DNA of 64,000 nt from an uncultured Christensenella sp. (GTDB taxonomy: Bacteria > Bacillota > Clostridia > Christensenellales > UBA1242), in the NCBI GenBank assembly GCA_949290565.1, contig CASESH010000004.1, forward strand, positions 9,877 through 73,876, given 5' to 3'. A model generated the notes under the pieces. The model saw only the letters and a program-made list of their open reading frames with translations. It was not told the origin of the DNA and did not search any database. Below, piece by piece: positions 17,681 to 32,600 of the stretch (position 1 is the first letter of the stretch; each line of letters begins with the position of its first letter). The position numbers were made by a program, and so were the translations under genes.

Positions 17681-20600
17681 GCTAAGGATAAGTATGGGGA
17701 TTTAAAAATAACGGTTACTTCTGTAATTAGTTCAGATGGAGATAGATTATCTCCTAATGAAGAAGATGGTTTTTACTATGTTGAGGTAGGACAAACATTT
17801 ACAATTTCGTGTGATGTTTCATCTTCTACGCCGATTACTAAATATTTGAATTTTGTTAGTGAAAATTCAAGTGTTTTACACTTTGAAAAAACTGCTGAAA
17901 ATTCAAGGAGTGCGGTTTTCACGGCTAACGCTTATACAGTTGATGAGCCGGTTGGTATAAAGATAAGTTCTAAGGAAACATTGACAAATGCTATTACATT
18001 AAATTTTATGATTGTTGCTCCTGTTACTGAAATTACTACTCCTGATAATTTAGTACTAGATTCAAAAAATCCTTTAAATATAAAAGAAAATGTTGTTTTT
18101 AAAAGTAGTTATTTACAAAATAATTCTTTACAAGTCAATAATTCTGAAAAGAAACTTACATACACTTTAAATTCAATTATTGTAAATAATCAAACTTATT
18201 CCTTAGTTTTGCGTGATGATAATTGGTATGACATAATTGGATTTGATGGGGCAACAGTTTTCCCAAATGGTAAAGAGAATGCTTTTACTATTCAAAACGA
18301 CACTTTAATAGTTGCTGATGATGTTTATGGCAATCTCTTATTAGATGTGAAATCTTATAGATATGTTGAAAATATTGAAGAAACTTTTGATGATAGTTTG
18401 ACTGAAATAGATAAAAATAATCTTATTCAAGCAAATAATAAGTTAATTAATAAGAATGTTTCAATAAATATTTTACAACCTCTTAAAATTACTGATTTTA
18501 CTATTTCTTCTGGGCAAATTTCATTTGAAAATATTGGGCAAGATGGTTTAGAAAAAATTAAACTCACATCTATTTTGTACGATAATAGGTCAACTGACAG
18601 TTATAATGTTTCAGGTACAAATTACAATTATAACCTAGAAACGCTTAATATTTTTATTAGTAATTTAGATAAAGATTTTTATACAATTAAGTTTTTTGAT
18701 ATTGATGGAAATCAAATTAAAGAAAATTCCACAGGAGTCTTAAAATTATCTGAAAATAATCCTACACAACTTAATGCAAATAAAGTTGGTACGGAATATG
18801 TTGATATAGTTGTAAGTTATAATACGGCAAATAATATTTCATATTCATTTAGTGAATTGTATAAAGAATATTTGCAAGATAATGGTCTCCAATTAGAGGA
18901 TAATTTAAATAGATTGCAATTTAATGTACAGTCTCTTGCAAATAACATTGAATTGTATATTGACGATAGTTTAACTAGTGTTGATTCAAATGGTGAAGTA
19001 GAAATTTTTGATAAATATGCTGAAACTAAAAATTTAGGTACAAAGTTTGAAATTAAATTTTCAAACATTACAGGTGTTGATAAAGAAAATAAAAAAGTAA
19101 AGGTATATTTGGAAAGTTCAAATGTATTAGATTTGACAAAATATTTGGAAATTTATGATGCTTCAAATGGTTCAACTATTAGCAGAATTACTATTGAAAG
19201 TGAAGTTACAGATGGTAAAACTTATTATTATTTCATAAGAGATTTGGATTTGAATCAGTCTGTGTTCTATATGAAAGCGACTGATGCTGATATTTTAAAT
19301 TCATTTAATATTAGAGTAGAAAATTTATTACAAACTAATATTTTAGATAGAAATAATGAATCAATTTTAAACAATTTAACTAATGCCGAAGACTCTTTTA
19401 GTATTGTTGTTAAAAAGGGAGTTTCCATAGTTGAGGCCAAAATTGTTAATGACCAAAATTTCTATAATATTGCCACTAATAAAGACGCTGGTCAAGATGA
19501 AAATGAACTGTTTTATAGTAAGTTAGTTCTTGATTTGTCTAATAATTCAACCTTAGTTGCTCTTATGTTTGATTATGGTTTGGAGGGAGAATTAAATCTT
19601 TCAAGTTATAATTCAAGTGCTATTAAGATTGAAAAAGTTGACAATGCAAATATTTATTTTAGCGAAAATGCTACTGCTTCTAATTTGTCAATTTCTGCTG
19701 TCTACAAAATTACAGGTTTAAAAGAAATTACTAATTCAAGAGTAACCTTTACTGCGGATAATGGTTATTCTATCAGTTTTATTGTTGATGTTGTAAAACA
19801 AGTTAAACAAGTTAACTACAATTTTTATGAATATTATGATGGTTCAATAACACAAAATTTATATGATGAAGAAAATTATGTCAGTATTAAAAAGGATCAA
19901 TCATTTAATTTTAACTTTATTCCTTCTACTTTAAATGTAACTGAAAGTGCAAGTTCCGGAATTATTAATTATAGTTATTCTGTTGAAAATGAGGAGATTG
20001 CTTATGTTGCTGATAATTCAATTGGTAAAATTACTGCAATAAGTGAAGGGATTTCTACTGTTTCATTATATGTAGAATATTATTCATTTAATTTAGTTAA
20101 TGGTTATAATCAGTGGACAAAAACAGCATTTACAGAATCTTTTGATTTGGAGGTCTTTGTTCCTGCAAAAGACATAAATGTCAATCAAAATACAATAACT
20201 TCTTTTAACTATAATGATTTGCCAAGTGAATATTCTTCAAATTCTCAAATTCAAATTAGCGTTAACATAGATAACAATGCTACAATTTCTAATTTGGAAA
20301 GATATGCTGATAAAATTTCTTTTAGGTTTAAGGACCAAGAAAATTTCTTAAATACTGTTAAAGAAAATAACGAAATTATTGCAAACACAGTTTTAAAAAG
20401 CGACCAGGAAAGTTTAGTTACTTATGTTTATGTTACTGTTGATGAATTTGGTATTGAACATAATTTTGAGTGTAAAATTGAGATTACTAGACCGGTTAAA
20501 ATAAATGAAATTGATTTGAGAATTATTGATGGATTTAATAAACAGGTTAAAATTGATGAAACTAACAATAATGTTGATGGAACTATTAGAGTTGGTAAAG

Positions 20601-23600
20601 ATGAGATTTTAAACGCTATTACTTTGATAAATCCAGAAAATCCTTTAATTGATGAATTTGTTGTTACTATTTATGACGAGTTGATTATTCCTGATGGGGC
20701 CGATTATGATATAATAGAGTTTAACTCAAAAAATGATAATTTAAGGTTTAATTTTAACGCTGATGAGCAAATTGCTGGTGAAGATGGAATCTTTTATGTA
20801 ATTGTAAATGCAAAAGATAGCCTTGAAATTTTCTATGATAGTGACAATCAACCTTATTATGAATTTACAAAGTCTTATGTTTTAAGAGTAATTATTGAAG
20901 ATGGTATAAAAAATTCATATGGTATTTCAAATCAAGAAGAACTTATCGCAATTAATCAAGACCCATCTAAAAATTATATTCTTGAAAATGATATTGTTCT
21001 TAGTGGAGATTTTACTCCTATTCAAAATTTTACAGGTGTTTTTAACGGAAATGGTTTTACTATTTCAAATTTAAATATTAGTTCAACTTCTGCTCATTTA
21101 ATGGACGATATTAATCAAACATATAATGTAGGTTTATTTGCTTCATTAAACAATAAGGCTGATACATATGGTGTTATATATGATTTGAATTTGCAAGTTA
21201 ATAATATTAATTTAACTTCAAATATAAATGCTTTGCAAGTAAATGTTGGTGGATTAGTCGGTAATAATAATGGCTTAATTATTAATAGTTCGGTCAATAT
21301 TAAAAATATTTATGTTAACCTACCAAATGCACAAGTAAATGTTGGTGGATTGGTTGGTTTAAATACAAATAATATTTTTAATTTTGCTTTTGATTCTCTT
21401 TATAATTATGAAACTGATGCCGATTTAATTAGTAAAGAATTTGTGATTTTAAATAATTCTAAGATTAATAATTTAATCTTGGGAAACACCTTATCAGATT
21501 CATCTATTGAGAATGCTATCAGCAAAAAATATGTTAAGGGAAATATTGCTGTTTATGATAGTTTGGCAAGCAGTGCTAATATAGGTGGTATTGTAGGTAG
21601 AAATGACTTTGTAGTTAATGGCTTTTATGGACTTTATGCTAGATATACTTCTACTAACAATAATTATATAGTTACTTACCAAAGTCAATATGTGGATAGT
21701 GATGTTTTAATTAATGTAAACAATGGAGAACTTGTAAATGAGAATTCAACTGTTGGTGGAATTGCAGGTTTGAATAATAAAAATTTGTTTAATCTTTCAT
21801 CTCAGGGTAAGATTGGTAATTTTGATTTTAATACTAATACTTTGGCTTCATCTACCTATAAAAACGTTGGTGGAATTGTTGGTTCTACCCTTGGTAATAT
21901 TCAAAATGTTTTATCTAGCGTTTATGTTAGGGGGCAAGAAAATATCGGTGGTATTGCTGGAAAAGTTGTTGGAAGTTCAAGTTTAGAAACAGTTCTTAAT
22001 AAGAGTAAAGTTGAGTCCTATGATTGTTCAAATGATTTAAGCAATACAATTATTGTTGGTAAAAACAATGTTGGCGGTATAGCAGGTTTTTCTTCATATG
22101 GTTATTTAACAGAAAGCTATTTCTATGGTTATTCAGATAAATTTGACACAAGTTACATAAATAATGGAGATATTTTTGTTGTTAATCAAGATGGCAATGA
22201 ATATGCTGGTGGACTCATTGGTTTTGCAGAACAGAGTAGTATTAACAATTCTTTTGCAATAGCAAATATTAAATCTATTGTTGATAGTTTAAATATTAGA
22301 GGTCTTTCTGGTAGCAGTGTAAAGGCTGGAAATGATGTTTTCTATTTTGGAGTTGTCAATATTAGTGGCAAAAATGATGTAGAAAATATTTTGGGTGCTT
22401 TAAGTTGCGATTATTACTTTGTATTTGATTATAATGATAGTTTTGATAACTTCGTTTTAGTAAAGTCTTATGGAGATACAACAAACGATATTGAAAATGC
22501 AAATATTACTTTTGAATATTTAGATGGCGACAATCTTGTATCTATTTATAAGTATAGTGATATTTTAAGAGATATGCCTGTTGATATTGTTGTTAGTGGA
22601 AATGGCTCTGGTGTCGAAAACGCTAATAATGAGATTGTTTTAGAGTTTAAAACGGGTGATATTAAAAATAATTTCTACGCTTATCAAATTAGCCAAGGTG
22701 AAGAAATTGTAAATGTTTTGTTAGTAAATTTAATCGAGAAAAATTCAATAATGAATATTGGCGATTTGTTTAATATTTCTTCTACGCCAAACTCGATTAG
22801 TCTAAATTTAATAGTTGAAAGTTCAAATAATAAAATTGTTTCTGTTAATGATGATGGTAGTTTGACCTTTAAAAACTATGGTGAAGTTATTTTAACTTTT
22901 ACTGTTAAAGAAAATTTACTTGTTTCTTCGCAGGTTAAAGTTATTATTAACGAAAGTTTTGACAATTTAATGTTGTCAAGTAATCATAATTTCGCAAATT
23001 CTTATTTTGATTCAACTGAGTCTAATGTTAGCAAGGTTAGAACAGGTTTTGAATTCAATATTATAAGCCAACTTTCAAAAAATGTTGGGGGAACTACTTT
23101 TGAAATTGAAAATGCTAATTTCTATGATATTGATTTTAATATAAGTTATAAATCTGATGCTATTGGAACTTATTCTGAGGCTGTTTTAGGTAGAGATTAT
23201 GAAATCGTAAATCAATATAATAATGTTCTTGTTGCAAAATTTATTGTAAATGGTTATTTCAAATTTGACGTTTCTATTTCTTTCCAAGATGAGGATGGAA
23301 ATATTTATAGAATTAAGGATAATTCTTGGGTATTCTATCTATTATCTTTTAGTGGTGCAGTAGATATTTCTTTTGCAGAATCTGAAATTTGGATAAAGAC
23401 AAATGAAACTTATGAGTCTTTAACTGTTAACCTTGGTGTAGATAATGGGGCAGAAAGACCTGAATTAACTATTCAATTACAACTTCCTTCAAATGAGAAA
23501 ATTATTTTAAATGCTACTGTTGCAGATGAAGTTTATACTTTTAATCATAATAATTCTCCATTTATTATTACTGTTTCAAATTTAAATAATTCTATTGAAA

Positions 23601-26600
23601 ATGTTTACTCATATAATCTAAGTATTTCAGTTAAGCAGGAATTTGAAAAAATTGATGAGGCACAAGAATACTTTTTAGTTGTGTATGATAAGGCAGAACT
23701 ATTAATTGATGATGGCGCTGGGGTTCAAATAAATTTAATTCCAGCATTGCTTGAAAAAATTGATTTAGTTCATTATGCTTATACTCAAAAATCTTCAACT
23801 TTAATTAATAATACTAACACTTCAATTGATGGAAATGAGGAAAGTACTTATTTTTACTCTTATTCCCAAAATTCTAGCGATATGATTTATGCCGGGATGG
23901 GTGGATTGCTTGTTATTCAACTTTATCCTTATTATAGTGATATAATCTCTGTCAATATTAAGTCTAGTTTGAATGGAACAGGTGGGGATATTTCCTTTAT
24001 TCAGTTGGCAAAAGTTAGAGATGCTAATAAAAATTCTAGTGGTGGTTATGATGAGTATTTTGTAGTTGCTCCTTCACCTATAAAGAATTTAGATGGAAGT
24101 TATAGTCTTAATTTAGTTTCATCTATGCCTAATACTAGAATAGTCTTTGATGGAAATAATAATGCTTCACTTGAAGGCGATGGTAAATATGCTTTTAATG
24201 AGGAACCTAATTATCCTAATTATGGTATGCTTTTCGTTCGAACTATTGCTCCTACGGATTTGTCTAAAAATGATTCCTTTACAATTACTGTTAGTGTTAC
24301 TTATTCTTCAATTAATGATAATAAACAAATTGTTGAGACTACTAAGGTTGAATCTAAGACTTTGGAAGTTAAAGATATTCCAGGTATGTCTATGACTTTA
24401 AGTCATAATGGGGTAGAAAGAAATGTAATTGCATATACAGGTTCAAACGGAGAATCTGCAAGTCAACCAGATTGGATTGATATTACAACACAAGTTGATA
24501 GCGGTATTAATAGTACTATTTCTTATACTTATCTTTCTAAAAATGATGGAAACGTACAAGGAAGTGACTATGTAAATATAGTTCAAAAAGATTCTAATAA
24601 TTATGAGCTTAGATTAGGTAGTAAAGCAGTTGTAGGTGACATTATTACTCTTACTATGGAAGTTCAATTAATATATGATGATAGAATTGTAATTCAAAAG
24701 GCAAGTACTCAAACTATTACAGTCGTTGATGTCGTTATAGAAAGTTTAAGTTTGTATGGAATAAATGAAAATAATCAATTAATCTTAGGCGTTTCTTCGG
24801 CAATGCAAATTAGGGCTAAGATTAATGGCTTTGGCTTGCAGTCTGCTATTGAAAGTGTGGAACAAGAAATTTCTAGAAGTGTTTATAATTCTAGTGGAAG
24901 CGCTTTATATTGGTTTGCCAAAGATGAAGATAGCCAAAATTACATTACTCTTAATTCTCAAAATATTGCTGATAAGTTGCCATTTAACGTAAAACAATTA
25001 CCAAATTCTATTGATGGTAATTTTGAAGTAAGTGTTAATGGTATTACTTATGTTTTAAATTATAATACTATTTATCTTGAAGGAATGATTAATTCAGGGA
25101 GTGCAAGTTTACTTTTAAATTGTTCTTATGAATATAGAAATGCTGAATTATATTTGATTCCTAATTATTCAAGTGAAACTGCCTTTTCAAATAGTTTTTA
25201 TTTTGACGTGCTTATTGTTAAGGGCGAAGGAGATGAAAACCTTACCGCTATTGAAAATGAAACTGATTTTAAGACAAAAATGTATGAGGGTGGAGATTAT
25301 ATTCTTATGAACGATATCACTCTTACAAATTATGTTCCTATTGAGGCTAATTTCAGTTCATTTGATGGTAATAATAAGATTATTACAATTAATAGTTTTT
25401 ACTACAATGTTCAACAAACGGGAAAAGATAAACAAATTAACTTAGGTTTATTTAGTACTGTTAGCGACCAAACAACAATTAAAAATGTAATTGTTGCTTT
25501 ACCTGATGATAAAAATAGTAATAATAATTATCCTTATATGGATTTATCTACTTATACTTCTATAACTTATGGTGGTATTGCTTCAATTAATAATGGTTTA
25601 ATCACAAATAGTGAAGTTATTACAATTGACAAAATTAAAGATAATAGTACAAATGTTGGGTATTCGTTTAATATAAAAACAAGTCCAACAGCAACTGTTA
25701 ACGTTGGTTTAGTGGTTGGTATTAATAATGGAATTATCACAAATTCGAGAGTAGGTAGAGAAACTGTTCAAGTTTTACAAAGTTTAGATAATGATTCTGC
25801 GATTGTCAATTTAAAAAATTTGGATTCAGTTTTAGATAAGACGGCAATTTATGTTAATGGAGCAGGCAATGTCGCAGGTTTTGTTGCTGTTAATAATGGA
25901 ACTATTTCATCAAGTTATGCTAAGAATATTCAGTTAGAAACTTTCATTGATGAAGGTGGTCATGAGAATTTAAAAACTGCTGGATTCGTAATTGAAAATA
26001 ATGGTTATATTTATGGTTCTTACGCCTCAGGCTGGGAGGAAAATACAAGAGATGCAGTTGTAAGTGACACTAGTTTGATAATTGATTCGGAAAATAGAAA
26101 ACTTGGCGGTGGTATATTTACAAATAGTACTATTGCAGGTTTTGTTCATCAGAATAATAATTATATAGAAGACAGTTATTCTAATATAAATATAAGTGGT
26201 TCATATGTTTTTGCTGCTAAAACTTCAAAAATTCTAAATGAAAACTCTCAAAATACCACAGGTTTCATAAGTAGTGCTGGTGGCGCAGGTTTTGTTTACA
26301 AGGCAAGTGAAAAATCCTATATTACAACTTCTTATTCTCTTTCCAAAATTAAAGCAGATAACACACTAGGTTTGTTTGCAGGTAATTTAAATTATTCTAG
26401 CGAAGATGATAATGAACTTGGAACAATGTCTGATTGTTACGCTCTTAAAGAAATTGGAGAATCTTTTGTCGTATATGATGTGGATGGTGTTACGGTTTTA
26501 TATGACCAATCTGAGAGTTCAGTAGAGGGTGATTACAATACTGACATCAATCAATTTGCAGATGAAAATAGTTTTAATAATTTTAGTTTTGATACTAATG

Positions 26601-29600
26601 TTGAAGATTTTTCATCGTTTGATGGTATTAGTTCTGGTGGCGTTTGGGCAATGTATAGAGGAGAAAACAATAGCGCTTATCCAGAATTAATTAGTGCAAA
26701 TACTATTGCTATTTCTTGTAGAGTTATTAACTTTGATAAAGATGGTAATGAATATTATACTTACGTTGATGGCTATGATTATGGTTCTATAAATAATCCT
26801 TATTTAATCTCAAATGCTAGTGAATATAATGATCTTTTCTCAGATTATAATTATGGAGAAGGCTTTAATCAAAATATTGCTTCTAAATTTACTAAGAGCA
26901 TAAGACTTATCAATCACATTAATTTTGCAAATCTTCCTGTGTATTCAACTTCGGTAGAATATACTTCAATAGTTGGGGAAGAAACTACAATTTTTGATGG
27001 AAATTATTTGTCAATGTATAATATTTTCCTAAGTGATTCTAATGAAGTTAAAGATTCGTTTGGTTTGTTTAGAAATGTTTATAATGCTGGAATTAAGAAT
27101 TTAAGTCTTGGAATTTCTAGCATTATTGCTGGTAACACAACTTCTGTTGGTGCTTTGGCCGGTGTTATTGTTGATAGTAATATTTCAAATATTTCACTCT
27201 TTGCTTGCTCAACCACGACTGATGTAAATGGAGAAATAAGAGGAAATAACTATGTCGGTGCTCTCGCTGGTATTATTACTTCTAGTGATAATGGTGAATT
27301 CTATTTTGTTTCTAGAATTAAGTCTAATCTCTTGGTTAAAGGTAGTACCTCTGATACGGGAATTTCTTCTTCAATTAAGAACTCATTTGATATTTGGGAA
27401 GATATAAAACCTATTACAGTTGCAAGTGGAACATCATATATTGGTGGAAATTTAAGACTTAATGAATTAAATAAATCAAACTACTATGCCGGTGGTATTG
27501 CTGGGGTAATTGATTTAAGACAAAGACAAGAACTTTCTGAAACTGTTATTATTTCTGATTACAATGTTTCAAATATTCACGTTGGTGCATTCTATCAAAA
27601 TACAAGTGTTAATACAACTTCAAATAGTTATGGCGATGTTGGGGTTATGTCTGTTTATGCTGGTGGCTTATTTGGTTATATCGGAGAGGAAACTTTCTTA
27701 ACTAAATCTCAGTTTATTGTTAGTCAAAACAGTTCAATATCTGCAAAAGAAATTGCTGGTGGTATTGCTGGGGTTAATTTTGGTATGATTTCTAAGAGTT
27801 ATGTTTCATATAACCCTAAAACAATGAGAGTTATTGATAGTGATTTTATTAATTATGTCAATGGTGCTAATTATGTTTCTCAGCCTAATACTTCGCTTTT
27901 CTCAAAAGATATTGAAAATTATCAACCAAAATACATTGGTGGTATCGTTGGTTTGAATTCAGGCGATGATACAACCGGTTCTGGTAGTATTATTGATTGT
28001 TACAATAGGGTAGATGTTAAGAACCCTTATTCTCTTGGTGTTGGCGGTATTGTTGGTGCTAGTTATATTGGTGAAATTTCTAACGTTTACACAACTGCAA
28101 GTTTGTATGGTAACTTTGAATTAAGAAAACTTTCTAATGGAACTACTGTTGAAGCAGATGACGTTTATGTTGGAGCAATTATTGGAAAGATAATGAAAGA
28201 TTCTGAAAACTATTTCTCATCTTCAATAACTGCTGAACAAAAAGAACTGAATTTATTTAATATTGTTGCTGTTAATCTTTGGGATATAAATGATTTTGAA
28301 AGTATTTTCAATTTTGTAAACACAAAAGATGGCTATGTCGGTGCTCTTTATGGTTTCTATGAAAATGGTGCAGATAGTACAGGTATTGTTAGAATTAGTC
28401 AAAGTTCAAATATATACGTTCAAAATTATATTTTGAATGGTTATACCAATCAGTATTTAAGTACTATTGATAGTAGTGAAGATTTTAACAAGTATGATTA
28501 TAATAGTTATGAAACATCTGGTAAAACTACGTATATTCAACTTTGGGGGTCTGCCTATGAAACAAGGACAGAGGGCTCAACTGCTCCTACTCCTAGCGAT
28601 GACCCTGACAATATTGATGATTATTTGTCTCAATATTTCTCTCAAAATAAAGATGCTAGAATTGAACCTCATGATTTTAGAATTACCTTTAAGGATAATG
28701 TTATTGAAACAGGTACTATTTCTGCTAGTGCTAGAATTTTAAAAGAAACTTATTTTAATGAATTAAATTGGTTACCTGTAACTTGGGACCATAGTATAGT
28801 AAATTTATTACCTTTACTTTCTTATGGTTATATGTCTTCTATTATTGAAATAAGAACTGCCGAAGATTTCTTTACTGAACTAAGTGCTAAGGATAATGGA
28901 GATAAAACATTTATTGTAATGAATGATATTGATTTTAGTGACTATCCAAGCATTGAACCAATTATGCAAGAATTTAACGGTACTTTATTAGGTATGGATA
29001 TTTCTTATGAGATAAATGGTATAAGATATACGAGAAAACCTATACTATTTAATCTTAACTTAGTAAACGATGCGGTTGATAAGAGTGGATATGCTATATT
29101 CAATAATGCTGTAAATGCTACTTTTGCAGATTTAAATTTTGTTATAAATAATTATGATGTTCAATTTACAAAAGATGATGCTACAACCCAGGCTGGAATC
29201 CTTGTTGCTTCTGCTGAAAGTACTACTTTTAGAAATATTAATATTTATAATTCATTGATAGATGAGGCTGTAATTCAGTCTTTAAGTACTACGAATTTAA
29301 GTGGTACATATTTAGTTGGAATGGGAATTCAATATGAAAATTTAGTTGCAGTTGGTTATAGTCCAAAGTCTTTCTTAGTTACTTCCGATAACTATGGTAA
29401 TACTTATAATTACGAATATTCAACTAATGAGAATGTTTATAATTTAGTTAAGGAAATTATTGTTGAAGGGTCATCAACTGCCGATAAAGTAATTTTAGTC
29501 ACTAGTGAAAACAACATTAAAACTAATGCAAGTATTTTTGGTGCAATTGTAGGTAATGTTAATGGTGAAGTTAATGTTGAAAATAGTAGTTCAAATATTG

Positions 29601-32600
29601 ATGTTGAAGTTACTTATGATAAGTATAAAAATACGGTTTATGTAGGTGGTTTGATTGGTAAGGGAACAGGCTCTATTATTAAATCAATAGTTCAGTCAAA
29701 TTTCTTAGTTAAATCTTCTTATCAAATTACAGGTGGTATAAATAGGCACGTAGATACTATTTATCTTGGTGGTATAGCAGGTTCTTTCCAAGGTAAAATG
29801 GAAGATATATATTCTACTAATTCTACTTTTGTACTTGGTACTAGTTCGGAAGATTTAATTGTTTCAAATAATACCTCAAATTCTTATTCAGATGTTGGTG
29901 TATATGTTGGAGGTATTGTTGGTAAGTTTGCTGAGTATAGAACTAGTTCAAATTCAACCATAGGTACTGCTGAAAATATTTATATCTCAGATATTTCTAT
30001 ATCGTTATATGTATCTGGACATGTTACAGTAGGAGCTTTTGTTGGAAAAAATCAAGGAATTGTTACAAATGTTTTTGTTAGACAATCAAAAAATCCAAAA
30101 GTATTAAATTCTGGACTTGCAACAAATACTGATATTATAAAAAATGTTATTTCATTAAAATTAGATAGTTTAAGTTCTAACTATTATATCGGTGGAGTAA
30201 TAGGTGAGGCTACAAGTGCTAATATAAGTTCAGTTTATTCAAACATTGCAATACAAATAAGTATGATTAAATTTAACAATTTAGCAATAGGTGGTATTAT
30301 TGGACAACTTTCTACTACGGCAATTTTAACTGATGTAGTTAGCGATAGTGAAATTATTAATATTGAAAGACTAGAAAATTATTCTTCTAGTAGCCTTTAT
30401 GCTGGTGGTATTGTTGGTAGAGCAACAAATTCTCTAAGTTTGGATGGTGTTATTTCTACGACTAATATCAAAACTTCTCAGGAAGAAAGAATGTACATCG
30501 GTGGTTTAGTTGGTTATGCTTATTCTGTTTCACTAAAAGATTGTATTACTTTGGGAGATATACAATTGAATCGAGGAATGGGAGATTCTAGTGATTCATA
30601 CTTCTATAAGGGGGCAATTCAAAATAACGAAAACGGTATTAGTGTTGGTGCTTATTATATTGGTGGTGCTGTTGGTATTATAGAGAATACATTTAGTGTT
30701 GTTTCCGATTCAAGTTTGAATAATGGTGTATTAGTTGGGACTTCAATAAAAGATTATGCAATCGCTCAAAAGATAAATGTTAATATTTCAAGTGTTCTAG
30801 GCGGGCAGTTAAGCGATGCAATTTTTGCAGGTAGTTTAGATAAAGTTTACTATAATGAAAATTTATCTCTTGTTTCTAATTATAATTTAAAGAATTCTAC
30901 TCAAAATTCTAATAATGAAAAAGATGGTAAGAGAGCATTTACTGCTGTTAATCAAAATTATTTGGAAAAAATCTTCTTTGATATAATTGACACGTTTAGC
31001 ATTAAGTCTTCTAATTTTGTTACTTATGTTGATGTTTTGAAATATGATAGTAATTATAAGTCTAATTTATTTGAAAATCTTGTCTTTTATTCAGTAGAAA
31101 AGGTAACTTCGGGTAGTTCTACACAGGAAAATGTTATTTTAACATTGTTTGATGGTAGTAAATTAAAACCTTATAACTTTACAGATTCAACAAATTTAAA
31201 ATCAAATAAATATTATATCTTAACACAAGAGGTTGTCATTAACTCTCCAATTGTAACTTCTGAAACAAATTGGTTTATTAATGCACAGGGATTCTCAATT
31301 AATTTAAGTAATCCAAATCAGGCAGTATTTGATACTATTACAGAAAATTCTGCTTTGGTTGGTATGATTTTAGTTGTTAATATTAAGAATGTAAATCGTT
31401 CAAATTATGCCACAATAGCAAATAATAACTATGGTTTTGTTTTTGCTTGTTCTGTTGGTGGTGAAGTAAGTATTTCTAAAACTTATGGAAATTCATCTAC
31501 ATTTATTAATTCAAATTACGGAGTTATAAATAAATGTTTAAGCGCAGTCAATATTTCTACTATGAGTGGCGTTGGGTTTGTATTCTATAATGGTAAAAGT
31601 ACAAATTCAAGTTATATTGGAAATATTTATGATTGTTCATTTACAGGTTCTGTAAATTCTCTTGCAGGTTCATCATCTTCAAATAAATTTTCAGGTTTCG
31701 TTTTTGAAACTGATTATGGTGTTATTTCAAATTCTTATACAATGGCAGATATTCAAAATGCCAATAGTTCAAATATTTATCCTATGGTCGTTTCAAGTCA
31801 AAAATCGGGTAAGAATTTTTATAGAGCATTTTATGATTATGTAGCTTATTTGGGAAATAATGATACCGTTAGTATAAAAGATGTAGTTGGTGAAGAGGGA
31901 TATATTTCAAGTCAAGGTATTTACGCTTGGACAACCGCTTTCACAGGAGATATTTCAATTTCACAAAACAGTTCTAATTTAAGTATTAAAATAGAAGTTA
32001 TTTCCGATTTGTTTAACACTTATTGGATTGGAATTAGTACAAAAACGGTTTTAGTTGACTTTATTTCAAGAATGAATATTGAAAATGTTAATGATTTACA
32101 ATATGTTGATACAACTTGGTTTAATTATGGCTATGCTTTAAAAGATTATAGAAATAATGTGCTTATAAAAGATGAAGAGATAGATCAACTTAACATAGAT
32201 TCAATTGTAAGCAAATTCTTTAATATGTTATACACAGGTAATGGTTTATCCTATGATCAAGATTTAGAAGATGAAACAAATATTCTAAAAACAGTTACCT
32301 TTATTGATATGCCTTATATGATTAAGCATGGAGGTATTTTAGAAAGTTTTGTTATTGAAAATTCTAATAGCGAACATGTAAGATATAGATTCTATAAATT
32401 TGTAAAAGACATTGACCTTAGAAAATATCAAGATGTTACTTATTGGTCTTTGAGTTGGGATTTAAAAAATACTTCATTTGTGGGACATCTAGATGGAAAT
32501 AATAAAACTGTAAAAAATATGTTTTCAACCAATGGACTTCTTAGAGTTCTTCCAGATTCTACAAAGATTTCTTTGAGTCCAGAAGTTAATTATACCACTT

